Origin: Centroscyllium fabricii
Lineage: Eukaryota
Reading direction: 5' to 3'
Length of the DNA stretch: 64,000 nt
Assembly (NCBI GenBank): GCA_051313645.2
Contig: JBNRSN020000010.1
Coordinates: forward strand, 11,284,001 to 11,348,000
Each line of letters opens with the position of its first letter. Within the stretch, counting starts at the first letter, position 1. This document shows positions 48,630 to 61,480 of this stretch, in pieces. The notes below the pieces were generated by a model. It searched no databases. It was not told where the DNA came from and was given only the letters and a program-made list of their open reading frames with translations. The translations under genes were made by a program, and so were the position numbers.

Positions 48630-49700
48630 ATCAACCTGGCGGACTAGCCGTCTGACAACACAGTGCCAGTGCGGGGATCGATGGAGATATTGTAGAAAGG
48701 GAGTTGATTATCGTTGGCATACATGAAAAACCTGAGCCATGTCTGCGGGTGATGTCGCCAAAGTGCAGGCAAGTGATTATGAATAGTTCCTTGGGGGACT
48801 CTGGAGGTGCTGGGGGTGTGGGTGATAGGATAAAGCATTGCACGATGCGCTCCAGCTGCAACTGGATAGGATAGGGTTGCTCCGAAGAGGGAAGTCAGAT
48901 TGAGCTGGACACGGGAGAAGAGTGTGAAAGGAACCATGTTTGGTAGAGTGTGTCGAAGGCTGCTGAGCGATCGCGGAAGACAAAGTCGGATAATGCATTG
49001 TGGTCAGTCACACATGCTGTCTTTGTTAATTTGATTCGGGCCATTTTGATCTTGTGCCAGACATGGAAATCTGATCGGAGAGAGTCCAACATGGAGTTTC
49101 AGGAAAGATGAAAATTGATTTGAGTGCCAACAAATTGTTCCCGATCATTGGCGAGGGAAGAAATGCTTCAGATGAGGCAGTAAAATGCTTGATCATTGGA
49201 CTAAAGGGGATCTGTTTTAAGGACGTTTGAAAATGCGGTTTTGAAATGGGTGGAAGAAATGCACCTGAGTAGATGGAAACATTTAAAATGATAGCTTACT
49301 TGGGATGCAGGAAACGAAGGTAGATCGCCAGCCGTTTCATGCAAATGGCATCTAGGGAGGCGGAGATGGCTCTCATGGACAATATGCTCCCGTAAAGGAC
49401 TTAGGGCAAATAGGAGAAAAACAAGAAACACTCGGTTTCCGAGCTGTGACAGGGGGAGCCTGGGGGTAGGTTTTGTTTGGTGTGTCAGGTAGCTAGTTTT
49501 AACAGTATAGGTGGTAGTAGGGGAAAGCGGTGTGATAATATTGACCTCCAGAATAATTCTGGACACGTTATCTTTGCTGGCAGAGGAATGTGAGGCCGAA
49601 TAGCACTTGAAGTGGCCCGATCAGTTCTGCTACTAGGTGGATATGACAGTTCTTTGCCAGATTTGATCAAACCTGCGAACCCTGGACTTGACGGACTGAA
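48630..49700 (-). mobile_element. L2 LINE RT fragment, decayed
   Basis: RVFLVFLLF.., DRSAAFDT, SRVPQG, RFFMYANDNQL remnants. Confidence 0.7.
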
Positions 49701-49719
49701 TATGGGAGACTTGGCATGA

Positions 49720-50230
49720 TGATAATGAGATGAATAATAGTCCCATGATGTAACCAGTGGTGTTTACCAATAATATTCAATGAATGAGACCAATAATGTT
49801 CATATGATACGAATAAGATACCTATGATTAGACCAATAGTATTCTTCTATTAAGTACCAATAAAGACTCTATTGTGAGATAAATAATGTTCCTGTCATGA
49901 GAATAATGTTGTTTTATAAGAAGAATGATGATGTGATATGAATAATATACATATAGGAAACGAATCGTGTTCTAATTGATCCCATTATTTCCCTATCGTG
50001 AGATCAATAACTTTCATGTAAGAACAATAATTTTCATTAAATGGCACCAATATTGTGCGAATGTATGTTCAAGCCACTGATAATGCCATCAATGGGTGTA
50101 TAAGTCCCAACATTTCTATTGAGAGAGAAAATTACGTAAATAAAATGTGAAAGATTAGACCAAAAATATTAAATAATGAGAGGAATTATGTTCATATCAC
50201 GAGATCACAATTTTCTGATGAGGAGACCAG
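49720..50230. repeat. Highly diverged short-period tandem repeat (about 23 bp, GACCAATAATGTTC-like)
   Basis: Recurrent gagaccaataatgttc, agaccaatagtattc, gagataaataatgttc. Confidence 0.55.
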
Positions 50231-50398
50231 CAATGCTCAACCAGCGAACTGATCACATCTCCACGCTCAGGCCACATCTGCAAACCTGCAGCAGCTGCAG
50301 ATTTACATTTGCGCTGCACAGGTTTGATTACTGGACAAGGAAACTGAATTTGCCGAGGGTGCAATAATGAAAGGCAGCCAAAAAATAGATATTGTTAA

Positions 50399-50472
50399 GC
50401 CCGGATATATCAGTCGGTTAGAGCATCAATCTTATAATCTTAAGGACTAGGGTACACGTCACTGTTCAGGCG
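50399..50472 (+). tRNA. tRNA-Lys(TTT)-derived pseudogene, copy 1
   Basis: gcccggatatatcagtcggttagagcatcaatcttataatcttaaggactagggtacacgtcactgttcaggcg, followed by ctgctttt (Pol III terminator). B box damaged. Confidence 0.8.
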
Positions 50473-50529
50473 CTGCTTTTAAATCTCGGTTGTAATTCGT
50501 GCCCTGATCCTTTAACAATCTGAACATTA

Positions 50530-51880
50530 ACAACAGTAGGCCAGTTAACCCCTCGAGCCTTTTTGCCTTTCAATGAGACCTGGGACCTAACTCGGTTTGC
50601 TCCAGATTCCTTAATATCTTTGGTTAACAAACATCTATCAATCTCACGTTTAAAATTGACAATTGACCCAGCATTAACTGCTGTGTGACGGAAGAGAGTT
50701 ACAAATTTCTACCACCCAGTTCCTGTAGAATTTGTTTCCTAGTTTTACTCCTGAAAGGCCTCGATGGAATGTTTATATTGTGTCCCCTAGTCCTGGACTC
50801 GCCAACCATCGGAAATAGATTATCTTTATCTACCCTATCAGTACCCTTTAATATCGTGAATACTTCAGTCAAATCGCCCCTTATTCTTTTACATTTCGGT
50901 GATTATAACCCTAGTTTGTGTAGTCACCCCTTTTAATTTATCCCTTGAACTCTATCTATCATTCTGGTAAATTTACGCTTAATGTTTTAAGCCTAACATT
51001 ACATTCCGAAGGTGTGTGCCCAGAACTGAACACAGTACTCCAGGTGTTGTCTAACCAGTGCTTTGTGTAGCTGTAGCTTAATTTCGCCCCCTTATGCTGT
51101 AATCCTATAGATATAAATACCACCATTCAATTATCGTTTTTGATTAGTTTCTGTACCTGCCCGTGACAATTTACTGATAAATGTACATGGACACTTAGGT
51201 TTCTTTTGACATCCAATGGATCCCGCTTTTCACTGTTTAGAATGTATTATGATCTCTCCTTTTTACATCTGAAGTGGATGACCTCACGTTTGCTAATATT
51301 TAACTTAACTTTCTACAATTTCGGCCATTCACTTAATCTATTAATATCTGTCCTAATTCCTTGCTTCCATCGAAACTGCTATTATGCCACCTATCTTTGT
51401 GTCATCGTCTAAGTTAGATATGTGTCTCTCAATCACACCAAATACGTTTTTAATAAAAACGGTGACTAGTTGAGTCCCCAAAATAGTTCTCGCATGGTCA
51501 CCACCAATCGTGTCCTGCCAATTAACGTACCTTCCCATTATCAGTACACGGTGTCTCCTGTTGCTCAAACAATTTCCTAACCAGAATTATAATTTGCTTT
51601 CACTTTCACGAGCTTCAGCTTCAACTGACAATCCCTTATGTGGGAAGATATCAAATGTATTTTGCTCCATATCTACTAGCTTAGAACAATTTTCGAACTG
51701 GGACTCAGTAACTCTATGCTTATCAACAGTTCGAAGCTTCCCATTATTGAGAAAATATTCCGAACTCTCTTAATTTTTTCCAATGAGGAAGATGTCACAT
51801 TTGCACACAGTGAACTCGATTTGCCATAACTGTTTCTGCTTACTTCATCTGTCTCTGTCAATTTGGTTACGTCCCGTTCC
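50530..51880 (-). mobile_element. CR1 3' fragment, old
   Basis: ISNLDDDTKIGG remnant. CR1 3' UTR ggccagttaacccctcgagcc. Confidence 0.75.
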
Positions 51881-51884
51881 CATT

Positions 51885-52594
51885 TGCACAAGTACCGTGC
51901 TTAAACCCGCAGGACGCAGCCGGTAGCGCAGCTTCGGGGGGGCGGGGGGGGGGGTGGTTGGAGTTCCTGCGAGGTCTAGCGCAGGAATCATCGAACTACG
52001 GGTGCGTCCAGACATTCCGATTTAAAAAAAAAGGTTTTCTAGACCGAGACCAGGATTTTCTACGCTGGGAAAAAGCAGTCTAAGTAGCCAGTTTTTTTCT
52101 GGTAAGTGTGTATTTTATTGATTTTACTTGTTTTTTTAGGTTTTTAATTGTTGATATCTTTTAGGACAGGTAAGTATTTTTTTAGACCTGTTGGAAGTTG
52201 AAAAAAAAATTCTGTAAATTTTTATTTTTTCCTTAAAATAGGTTGTCTGTGTTAGTTGGGGTAATGGTAAAAAAAATGTGGTCTTTGTAAAATTTTATTT
52301 TTGTGTTTTGATGTCTTTTGGGCAATCTCTCCTTTCAGAATTTGCACAGATTACTCTGTGGAAGTTTTGAACGGAGAATTGGTTCCACTGATTGGGTTCC
52401 TGCCAATTGGGTGGTCTCAAAAGCCATCTCGCACTAATTACGCCCTTCAGATGCCCATGAAACTCGCATGGAGCTCTGACATGCTGGGCTAACTGCAATT
52501 TCTGAGTGCAAAAAAGCAAACCTGAACATGGATAGTTCAAGTGCGTTAAGCAGGTACTGCACCCGCACGAAGGTTCCACTGCAATTTCTGGGCC
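51885..52594 (+). mobile_element. Harbinger-type MITE
   Basis: Right end aatttctgggcc|aat. Shared AT core acaggtaagtattttt..aaaataggtt..aatgtgg. Confidence 0.7.
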
Positions 52595-52738
52595 AATATT
52601 TCTGAAAAGAAGCCAGTTTAATGCAGTCAGTCTGAATTAGTGAGATAAAGACGCTGTAGAGGCTGGATTATGGGACAAGAAAATTGAAGTAGTAGAGGGT
52701 GCAATGATGCTTGGCAGACAATGAAAGCGATTGTGTAA

Positions 52739-52811
52739 GCCATGATATTTCCGTCGGTGGCGCATCAGTCTTTTAATGTCTGGCTCCAGTGTTCAAGTCC
52801 CTATTCGGGTG
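52739..52811 (+). tRNA. tRNA-Lys(TTT)-derived pseudogene, copy 2
   Basis: gccatgatatttccgtcggtggcgcatcagtcttttaatgtctggctccagtgttcaagtccctattcgggtg, then ctgcttt. TTT anticodon and B box retained. Confidence 0.75.
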
Positions 52812-53049
52812 CTGCTTTAACATCGCAATTTCCATCTCCACCTATTTCCTCTGAACAATTGACAATAAGAATATTATCAGGGATATGCCATTTAAGTCCT
52901 CGAGCCTTTCTTCCATTCAATGAGCTATGCGACGAGACGCCGTTTGCATCGCTTTGCTCCGGATCCCTTAACACATTTGCATAACAAAAATCAAAGCTTT
53001 GAAATGACGACAATTCACAAGTCAGGATATTGATGGAAACATTCCCAAT

Positions 53050-53440
53050 TGATTGAATGAGTGTCACTCCAACTCCACTGCAGAATCTCGTCACAATCGG
53101 GAAAAAGCAGCCCGGTTGATTGGCACCCCATTAAGCACCTGGAACAATCACTTTCACCACCACTGCCGTAACTTGGCTGCAGTGTGTACCATCTACAAGA
53201 TGCACTGCAGCATTTCGACAAGGCTTCCTCGGCAGCACCTCCCAACCCGCGAACTCTACCACTGAGAAGGACAAAGGCAGCACACGCATGGTAAGACATT
53301 CCCTCCAAGTCACACATGATCCTTTAGAGTACAAAGGGGCGAGGAGCCAATTATACAACAGGAAGTATCAATATCACGATCACCTGCAAGTTCAACCTAT
53401 TTGGACCTTTGCATTCCTTTTACTGAAGTTACTACCACAT
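53050..53440 (+). mobile_element. LINE ORF2 C-terminal fragment (clade uncertain, CR1/Jockey group)
   Basis: EKAARLIGTP..HHHCRNLAAVCTIYKMHCSISTRLPRQHLP. Confidence 0.7.
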
Positions 53441-53497
53441 TGCTGTTAGGTAGGGATTTCTCGGACGTTGACCCAGCCACGATGAAGGAAAGATAAT

Positions 53498-54263
53498 GGC
53501 ACAGAAATTACCCTCCGATGCTTGCGACGGGTGCAAACTTCAAAACTACACTTACGTAGCACACCTGCCATTGTTCTCTTCTGGGATTTGAAATCCCGAT
53601 TATCTGGCCTGCTCCAAGCTCCACGCGCCATGCGCGCCGTGCTGAGGCAACTCAGCATTGCAGTTATTGGGCAAGCTCCGCATAGGACCACGTAGTCCGT
53701 GGGAGCCAAGCACTAACAAGAATCGTCCATTCATAACTTTGACAGAGAGATTTGTCAAAGTTAATGAATTGCAAGAGCCCCAAATACACACTAAACAATA
53801 AAATAAATTTTAAACATGACCACATTTTTAACATTACTATTACTAACATAAATTACCTATTTTAAATAAAAAATTAAAAATAGAATATTTTTAAAAGCTT
53901 TTAACGGGACTGAAATAATACTTACCTGTCTTAAAGTTTAAAACAATTAAAAACCTGTTAAAATAATACTTAAATTCAATTAAATAAAGAGTTGATGCTA
54001 AAAACGGATGGTTACGGCTGATATTTTTCAGCACAAAATCTTCCATACTTACCCTGATAAAAAACTCAGAAAAAAATTGGAAACTACTGCGAACGTCAAG
54101 GTGCGCAAGTGAACGCAATCCAGCCGGCTGCTGCTCGCGATCGACCGCTAGCCATCATGGGAATTAGAGGTGTCAGCAGAAACCGGCTGATACCTGTAAT
54201 TCGGAGCTCGGGTGCATCAGACCCAGGCTTAGAAACCTCCCGCGGTCACCCTAATTTTTGGGC
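53498..54263 (-). mobile_element. Harbinger-type MITE with AAT TSD
   Basis: aat|ggcacagaaatt...aatttttgggc|aat. Colinear with 54582-55334. Confidence 0.8.
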
Positions 54264-54319
54264 AATATATTTCTAAAGAATCATACACCAGTGGTGGAGG
54301 ATGTGAATGATTCCATGTG

Positions 54320-55820
54320 TACGTTGAAGAGCACCCGTTCTACCTCGCCACAACCTCTCTCGACCCCTCTAGTGCTTCTGTTTTGTCATTTCGCTTGTCT
54401 GACCTGCAGTTGTCGATGAGCTTTCAATTTAACATTGAGCAAATGAATCCATTGTCGTTGTTCCCACCGTTAATTTCCATTCTCTTGCCACCGATTCAAT
54501 TTACCTGTACGTCCAATGTCTCAGGCTGAAACATTACATCCGCCAACTCGGTGCCACAGCGCAGCTTCTGACCTCATAGCTGGCCAGAAATTAGTCTTAG
54601 AGCCTTTCTGCGAGTGCAAGGCTCCAAAGTACATAAACCCTGCACTTTTGCGGTTTTGAGATTCTGCAATGTGAACTCCCGAGTTGTACAGCTGCTGAAA
54701 GTTCTAAGCGACCTGCTGGTGCAACTCAATGGCGGAATTAGTCAGAGATATCGACCGAGCCATATGATCGGCAGGGAGCCAATGAATGGAAGCAATCCTC
54801 CATGCAGAACTTACACGGTCAAATCTGTGTAAGTTTTGAAAAGGAAGAGCTTTAAAAACACATCTAAACACAAAAATTAAATTTAAAAAGCTCCACATTT
54901 TTTAACAATGCTCTAACATAAATTACCTATTTTAAAGAAAAAAAAATTAAAAATGATTTTTTTCTAAAGTCTTTAACTGGCCTGAAGGAATACTTACGTG
55001 TCTTTAAAGTATTAATGAAATATAAACCTGTAAAAACAATACTTAATTTCTATAAAATAATGACACAAGCTAAAAAGGGTGCTTACCTCTGATATGTTTA
55101 AGTGTAAAATCTTCAATACTTACCCCCATAAAAAACGGGGGGGAAATTGGAAGTGCACTGCCAACCTCCTGGTGCGCAGTCAAATACAAACCAGCTCGCA
55201 GCAGCTCACGACCCCCGCTGGCCGCCTTCGGAATTGCAGGTAGCAGCTGGAAACGGCTTTTCCCTGCAATTCCGAGCTCGGGTCCGCTAACACCCGGCTC
55301 AAAAACCTCCTGCGCTCATCGGGATTTCTGGCACATTGTCTCCATGTCAAAGACTGCGTAACATCTGTCAGTTCCGCCCTTCGGCCGCCAGGACCGTCCA
55401 TGCTTTTGCCATCTCCAGACTGGACTATCCAATGTCATCCTGTCCGGACTCCCATCTCCCACCTGCCAGAAGCATAAGCTCACCCAAAACACTGCTGCCC
55501 TGAAACTGACTCGCACCAAGTCCCATTCACACATCACACTTTGCTCGTTCAATCACATTGGCTATCGCTCCAGTAATGTCTCGATTTAGAAACATACATC
55601 CTCATGTTCAAATCGTTCCATTGCTCGCACCTCTCCCTTCTCTGTAACCTTATCCGGCTTTAGAGTCCTCTGACATTGCTCCAAATATGGCTGCTTTTAC
55701 AACCCCTCCACTTTTTCTCCTGATGGCGGATGTGCCTTCAGATTTCTGGGCCCTGAACTGTGAAAATCCCTCCCTTTAAATTTCCACCTATTTCTTCTTC
55801 TTTAATGAGCTCATTAAAAC
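54320..55820 (+). mobile_element. L2 LINE fragment split by a MITE
   Basis: L2-like sequence on both sides, for example tccagactggactatccaatg and caaaacactgctgccc..ctcgcaccaagtccc. Confidence 0.65.
54582..55334 (-). mobile_element. Harbinger-type MITE
   Basis: ggccagaaatt...gatttctggcac TIRs. Shared AT core. Confidence 0.78.
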
Positions 55821-55825
55821 CTACA

Positions 55826-55958
55826 GGGTGGCGCGGTGGCACAGTGGTTAGCATTATTGTCTCACAGCACTGGAGACCCGGCTTCAAATCCGGCCTCGTG
55901 TACTATCTGTGTGGAGTTTGCACATTCTCCCTGTGTCTGCGTGGGTTTCCTCCGGGTG
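55826..55958 (+). mobile_element. V-SINE 5' part, truncated
   Basis: gggtggcgcggtggcacagtgg..tgtgtggagtttgcacattctccctgtgtctgcgtgggtttcctccgggtg. Confidence 0.85.
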
Positions 55959-56486
55959 TCAACATGGACCACCAGTGCACCTTATTTGACAGGCATGCAC
56001 ACATTTCAGAGGGGTGTGGGCCAGTTGCACAATTTCTCACTTTCTTGATGTTGTACTAAAGGTTTGCTTTCAATGTCTGTAATTGTTGAATAATTAGAAT
56101 AGTCATATTTAAAATCTGAATTTTTTTATTTTTGAACAAAGATATATATAACAAAGAATATCAGAAGAAAAAATTTGAAGTCAGTTCAAACTGTTTGCAC
56201 TTTTTCAGATTTCTCAATAGTTACATGTTTTATTTACTTGGATTTATGTTAATAAAGATGTCTATCAATGTTTGAGAGATACGTTAAAATAGTTTTGGTT
56301 GAAATAGTTCCATGGAAAAAAATGCAAATACTTACAGAACTGGAAAATATATTTAAACGGTTTACACTTCAGCATCTGTAAGTAACAAACTGCAGGTTCG
56401 ATAACATTTCAATTTATTACATTCAAGCTGTGTCTGTTAATTTCTGAATCTTGCTGGGGAAAGGGGAGTCACAAGAAGACACATAT

Positions 56487-57623
56487 CTATCTGGTGAAGC
56501 TGCTAGCTACTAGTGCTTCACGAGCAGCCTTACTTTCAGCAGCAGGAAGATTGTCAGCATCCAACTTACTGTCCAGGTCATCTACTTCAGCGGGCAGCTC
56601 CTCCTCACGGTTCAGGGTCATTCCCTCTTGCAGGGCAATGTTATTCAACACACAGCAGGCTATCACAATCCTTCGCACTTTCTCGTGAGAATAAAGCAAG
56701 GTCCACCCACCGGAAGCGTGATTTCAGAAGCCCAATTGTCCTCTCCACCACGTGTCGGGTGGACTCATGTGCCTGCTTGTATCTGTCCTCAGCCTCATTG
56801 CTGGGGTTGCGGTAGGGGGTCATCAGAAAAGGTCTTAGCGGGTAACCTTTATCACCCAATAACCATCCTGATCCTGGAGGCAATGCTTGCAGTTGAGCAT
56901 ATGCGTTGGAGTGACGGAGGGCAGTTCAGTCATGATTACTTCCACAGTTCGCAGCATTGACGCAGAGGATCCTGAGGTTAGCATCACAGATGATCATCAC
57001 ATTCAGTGAATGAAAACCCTTCCTGTTAATATATGTCACAGGCGCTTGTCCAGGTGCCTTCATTGCAATGTGAGTTCCATCGACGGCCCCAATCACGTTG
57101 GGGAATCTTGCGATCCGATAAAAATCAAAGGCCCGCTCCCTGACACAGCGACTTGACAAGTCACAATTAGTGAACTGACCAGCCCTACAGTACAGTGCAT
57201 CTGTGACCTGATGAATGTAGGCCCTCGCAGCATTTTTGGAGATGTTGCTTATGTCACCGCTGATTGCCTGAGAAGACCCATTTGCAAAGAAGTTCAGTGC
57301 TGTGGTCACCTTCATGCTGACTGGAAGGTAGTGCGGGTCTTTGACTGTGTTTCAAGGTCCTCCCTCAACATGTCACAAAGTCGACCAATTGCCTCTTTTG
57401 TAAAGCGCAGCCTCCTCACACACAGCTCCTCTGACATCATCTCTTATGTTCTTCTCTCCCTGTACACTCTGTTTGCTGGGTAGTTCCTACTTCTGATCAT
57501 GAGACGTTGATGGTTCTGCCTTACTCTCTCCTGTTCCCTCTGTCTTACATCCTGTTCCCTCCATCGTCTTCTTATCAAAATTAACCTCATAATTATAAGG
57601 CAGAGAATCATCACTGGGAACAT
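56487..57623 (-). pseudogene. PIF/Harbinger DDE transposase (HARBI1-like), disrupted
   Basis: [97 protein letters not shown], with stops and frameshifts. Confidence 0.9.
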
Positions 57624-58084
57624 GTCTACCTCAGAGTCTACCTCTGTAAAATGGATTACCTGAAAGTGAAAAGTAGAACTTTCAGTAACAGTTAGGGGTA
57701 GAAAATCACCACAGCACGACCAGAAAATAAGTGTGCTTACACGCCTGTGCATTAACATGGCATGAAATGCTTCACACACAGATGCATGCATACATTCATT
57801 GATACATACACACCTTAAATAAATGCATCCTTATGCATGACATGAGCACTTAAAATAAAAGATTTTAGGCAGGCAAAAGACACATCACTGAAAGGTTGAT
57901 TAGCAACAACAAGGAAGAAATTTGTCACTTATGCTGATTAAGCAAAGCAAGCAATGGCTTCTGAAAGATCCACCTTCACAGCAGCTTTTCAGCAGTCCTC
58001 AAACAGCAATGAGTAAGCATTTCTCACTTATCTGAGATTGAAATCCAAAAAACAAATACTTTCAGCAGTGAGAAAATAGCAGCT

Positions 58085-58333
58085 TGTAGTGCATGCAGGC
58101 CTGAAGAACCACGTGGGAGCCATTAGGACAGAAAACACTTGTTTATTACATTGCATGGCCAGATAAGAAAGAGACTGAACCACCTGGAGCAGGCTTATTT
58201 AAAGCGCCCGCGGTTGGTGATCTCATCACGCCGGAAGCCGCGGTGACGTCACCACGTCGCCTGATGGGCGGGGCCTTGCCCCGCGGTACTCCCGAGGCGG
58301 ATTCGATGCCTTTGGTGGGCGTGTAGCCTCACA
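58085..58333 (-). repeat. Gypsy 3' LTR (249 bp)
   Basis: Minus strand starts tgtgagg just after the PPT and ends gcactaca. AATAAA at 58142-58147. Confidence 0.8.
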
Positions 58334-58387
58334 GCTCCCCCCCCCAGAATCTGTAAGGGAGAATAAAGTAAAAATAAAAAATGAGTC

Positions 58388-61300
58388 TCATGAGAAACGT
58401 TGAGGTGGCCGGATGAGGCAGCCGGCACGTGTCGTGCGCTGCTCCTTGTTCTGCGGTGGATTTTGGGCGTTTTTTGGTGCGGGAGGGCTTCCGCGTTTAG
58501 GTGGCTGCGCGGGGACTGTTGTCTCACCCGTTATTACGTATGACGGCTTCAGCCGGTCTATTGAGACGGTTTCTGTCCTGTTGCCCATTTTCAGTTCGAA
58601 AGCTTTAGCTCCCGCCCGAAGCACTCTGTACGGTCCATAATACAGTGGCTGTAGTGGCGATCGATGTGCGTCGTGGCGGACAAACACATATTTGGCATTT
58701 TTAATGCCGTCCGGTACACCTGCTGCCGGCTCTCCGTGCCGAACCACCGGTAGCGGTTTGAACACTCGTGCCTGGTTGTTAATGTCCTTCAGGTATTGGT
58801 CTGCTGACCAGGGAGCATTTGGCTCTGCGTGGAACTCGCCTGGCATGGTTAGAGTTTGGCCATAGACGATTTCCGCTCCTGAGGCCTGCAGGTCTTCTTT
58901 GGCCGCTGAGCGTAGGCCATGCATTACCCAGGGCAGGCTGTCTGTCCAAGTTGAGTCCTTAAGACTGGCCCACAGGGATGCTTTGATGGAGCGGTGGAAC
59001 CGTTCTCAGAGTCCGTTGGACTGTGGGTGGTAAGCGGTGGTTCGTTGTAGGGTTACCCCAAGGTCACCGGCGATGGTCACCCATAGTGTCGACGTGAATT
59101 GGGGGCCTCTGTCCGACGTGATGTCGGTGGGTACGCCGAAACGCTCGACCCAGGTGGCGATGAAAGCCCTGGCCAGGTCCGTGGTGCTGGTAGCAACGAG
59201 TGGGACCGCTTCTGGCCAGCGAGTGCTGCGTTCGACCATGGTCATGACGTGGGTCTGTCCCCGTGATGGCGGTAGTGGTCCGACCAGGTCGATGTGGACG
59301 TGGTCGAAGTGTCTAGCTGGTATGGTGAACGTTTCCAGCGGTGCCTTGATGTGCCTGTGCACCTTGGCGCGCTGGCAGGCAGTGCAGGCGTTGGTCCAGG
59401 CGCGGACATCCTTGAGCAGGCCGCTCCAGACGAAACGTGCCGAAATCAGCTTGGTGGACGCGTGGGTGCCAGGGTGGGACAGGCCATGGAGGGTCTGGAA
59501 AATGTGTCGCCTCCATGCGTGGGGTACAACGGGTCTGGGCTGCGGGAGGGAGATGTCGCAGCAGACCGCGGTGGCTGTGGGCCCGTGTGCTACGCTGGCC
59601 AAGTGCAGGCCGGGGAGGTTGGTAGCAGGGTCGAGCAGGTCTGTGTCTGTTAGTTGGTCGGTTGCCAGTTTGGCGTAGTCGACCGCCATTTGTACGGCGT
59701 TGATGGTGGGATGTGACAGGCAGTCAGCGACCACGTTGTCACGGCCGGCGATGTGCTGTATGTCGGTGGTAAATTCCGACACGGCCGCGAGCTGGTGCTG
59801 CTGCCTGGCCGACCAATGTTCGGCGATCTTAGCCATTGCGGACACGAGTGGCTTGTGATCAACGAAGGCTGTAAAATGGCGGCCCTCTAAGAGGAAGCGG
59901 AAGTGGTGCACTGCGAGGTAGAGAGCGAGTAGCTCCCTATCGAAGGCGCTGTACTTGACCTCTGGGGGCCGAAGTTGCCGGCTGAAAAAGGCCAGGGGTT
60001 GCCAGGAGTTGCCGGTCCACTGCTCAAAGACCGCTCCGACAGCGTGGTCAGAGGCGTCGGTGGTGAGGGCCACTTTGGCGTTGGGCCTAGGGTGGGATAG
60101 GAGCATGGCATTGGGCAGGGCGGTTTTGGTTGCGGTGAAGGCGGTGGTGTGTTCGGCCGTCCAGTCGACCGCAGTTTTGTTGGACTGCCCGCGTGTGGCC
60201 TGGTAAAAGGGTGCCATGAGAGCGGCTGCTCCTGGGATGAAGTGGTTATAAAAATTAACCATCCCTAGGAATTCCTGCAGCCCCTTGATGGAGTGCGGGC
60301 GGGAGAATTCCTGGACTGCCTGCACCTTGGAGGGCAGGGGTATGGCCCCGGTTTGGGAAATGCGGTGGCCGAGGAAGTCGATCGTCTCGAGGCCAAATTG
60401 GCATTTAGAGGGGCTTAATATGAGACCATGCTTGGTCAGGCGTTGGAACAGGGTCCTGAGATGGAGGAGGTGTTTCTGGGGGGAGGTGCTGGCCACGAGG
60501 ATGTCGTCTAGGTAGACAAACATGAACTGCAAGTTCCGTAGGACTGAGTCCATGAGACGTTGGAAGGCCTGGGCCGCGTTTTTAAGTCCGAAGGGCATTC
60601 GGAGGAATTCGAACAGTCCGAAAGGGGTGATGACGGCTGTCTTAGGGACAATCGCCGGGTGCACTGGTACCTGGTGGTAGCCCCGTACCAGGTCGATCTT
60701 AGAGAAGATCGTGCAGCCCGCTAGCCTGGCGGAGAAATCTTGGATGTGGGGTACGGGGTACCTGTCTGGGGTGGTGGCGTTGTTGAGGCGGCGGTAGTCT
60801 CCGCAGGGGAGCCAACCACTGCCCGGCGTGGGAGAGATATGGAGGGGGGAGGCGCAGGGGCTGTTGGAGCGGCGGATTATGCCGAGTTGTTCCATAGTGC
60901 GGAACTCGGTACGCACGATCTCCAGTTTGGCCGGGTCCAGCCTGCGGGCGTGGGCATGTACGGGAGGGCCGGTGGTGGTGATGAAATGCTCCACCCCGTG
61001 TTTGGCCATGCGGGCTGTGAAGGTGGGGTTGGTGAGGACTGGGAACTCCGCGAGGAGCGTGCCGTACGTGTCGGAATTCCGGGCTCGGCAGTGTGCTGCT
61101 GCGTGGGCCTGGCATGCCGGCCCTGTGGAGCATGGGATGGTCGACATGTTGTGTATGTCGACCAGTCGGCGCCGGGTCATGTCGACCAGGAGGCCGTGGG
61201 CGCAGAGGAAATCTGACCCCGATGAGGGGTAGTTTGACCTGGGCGGTGATGAATTCCAAGTGGTATGTGTGGCCTGCTAGCTTGATGGTGAGCTTGTGGG

Positions 61301-61480
61301 TGCCGTACGTCTTTATTTCGGAGCCGTTTGCGGCTTCGAGTGGCGGGCCCCGGGTGCCTTGTTTGGCTTCAGCAGTGGAGGCTGGCACAATTCTGTGCTG
61401 CGCGCCTGTGTCGCCGAGGACCCGGAGGTCTGTGCCGCTGTCTGTGACGTAGAGCAGTGCTGCAGAGTGGCCTACAGACA
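58388..61480 (-). pseudogene. Gypsy pol (PR-RT-RH-IN), lightly disrupted
   Basis: 724-aa ORF 59006-61180, frameshift near 61215, stop at 59006 (NGL*ERFHR), integrase C-terminus 58388-58924. Confidence 0.92.

Noticed and set aside
48166-50472. Both the Thr and Lys copy 1 pseudogenes now show a TAT (Ile) anticodon, suggesting recoding
   Set aside because: Stems and B boxes carry multiple disruptive changes; two independent single substitutions in dead genes explain it.
56487-57623. Domesticated host HARBI1 gene
   Set aside because: Stops, frameshifts and transposon context indicate a dead transposon copy.
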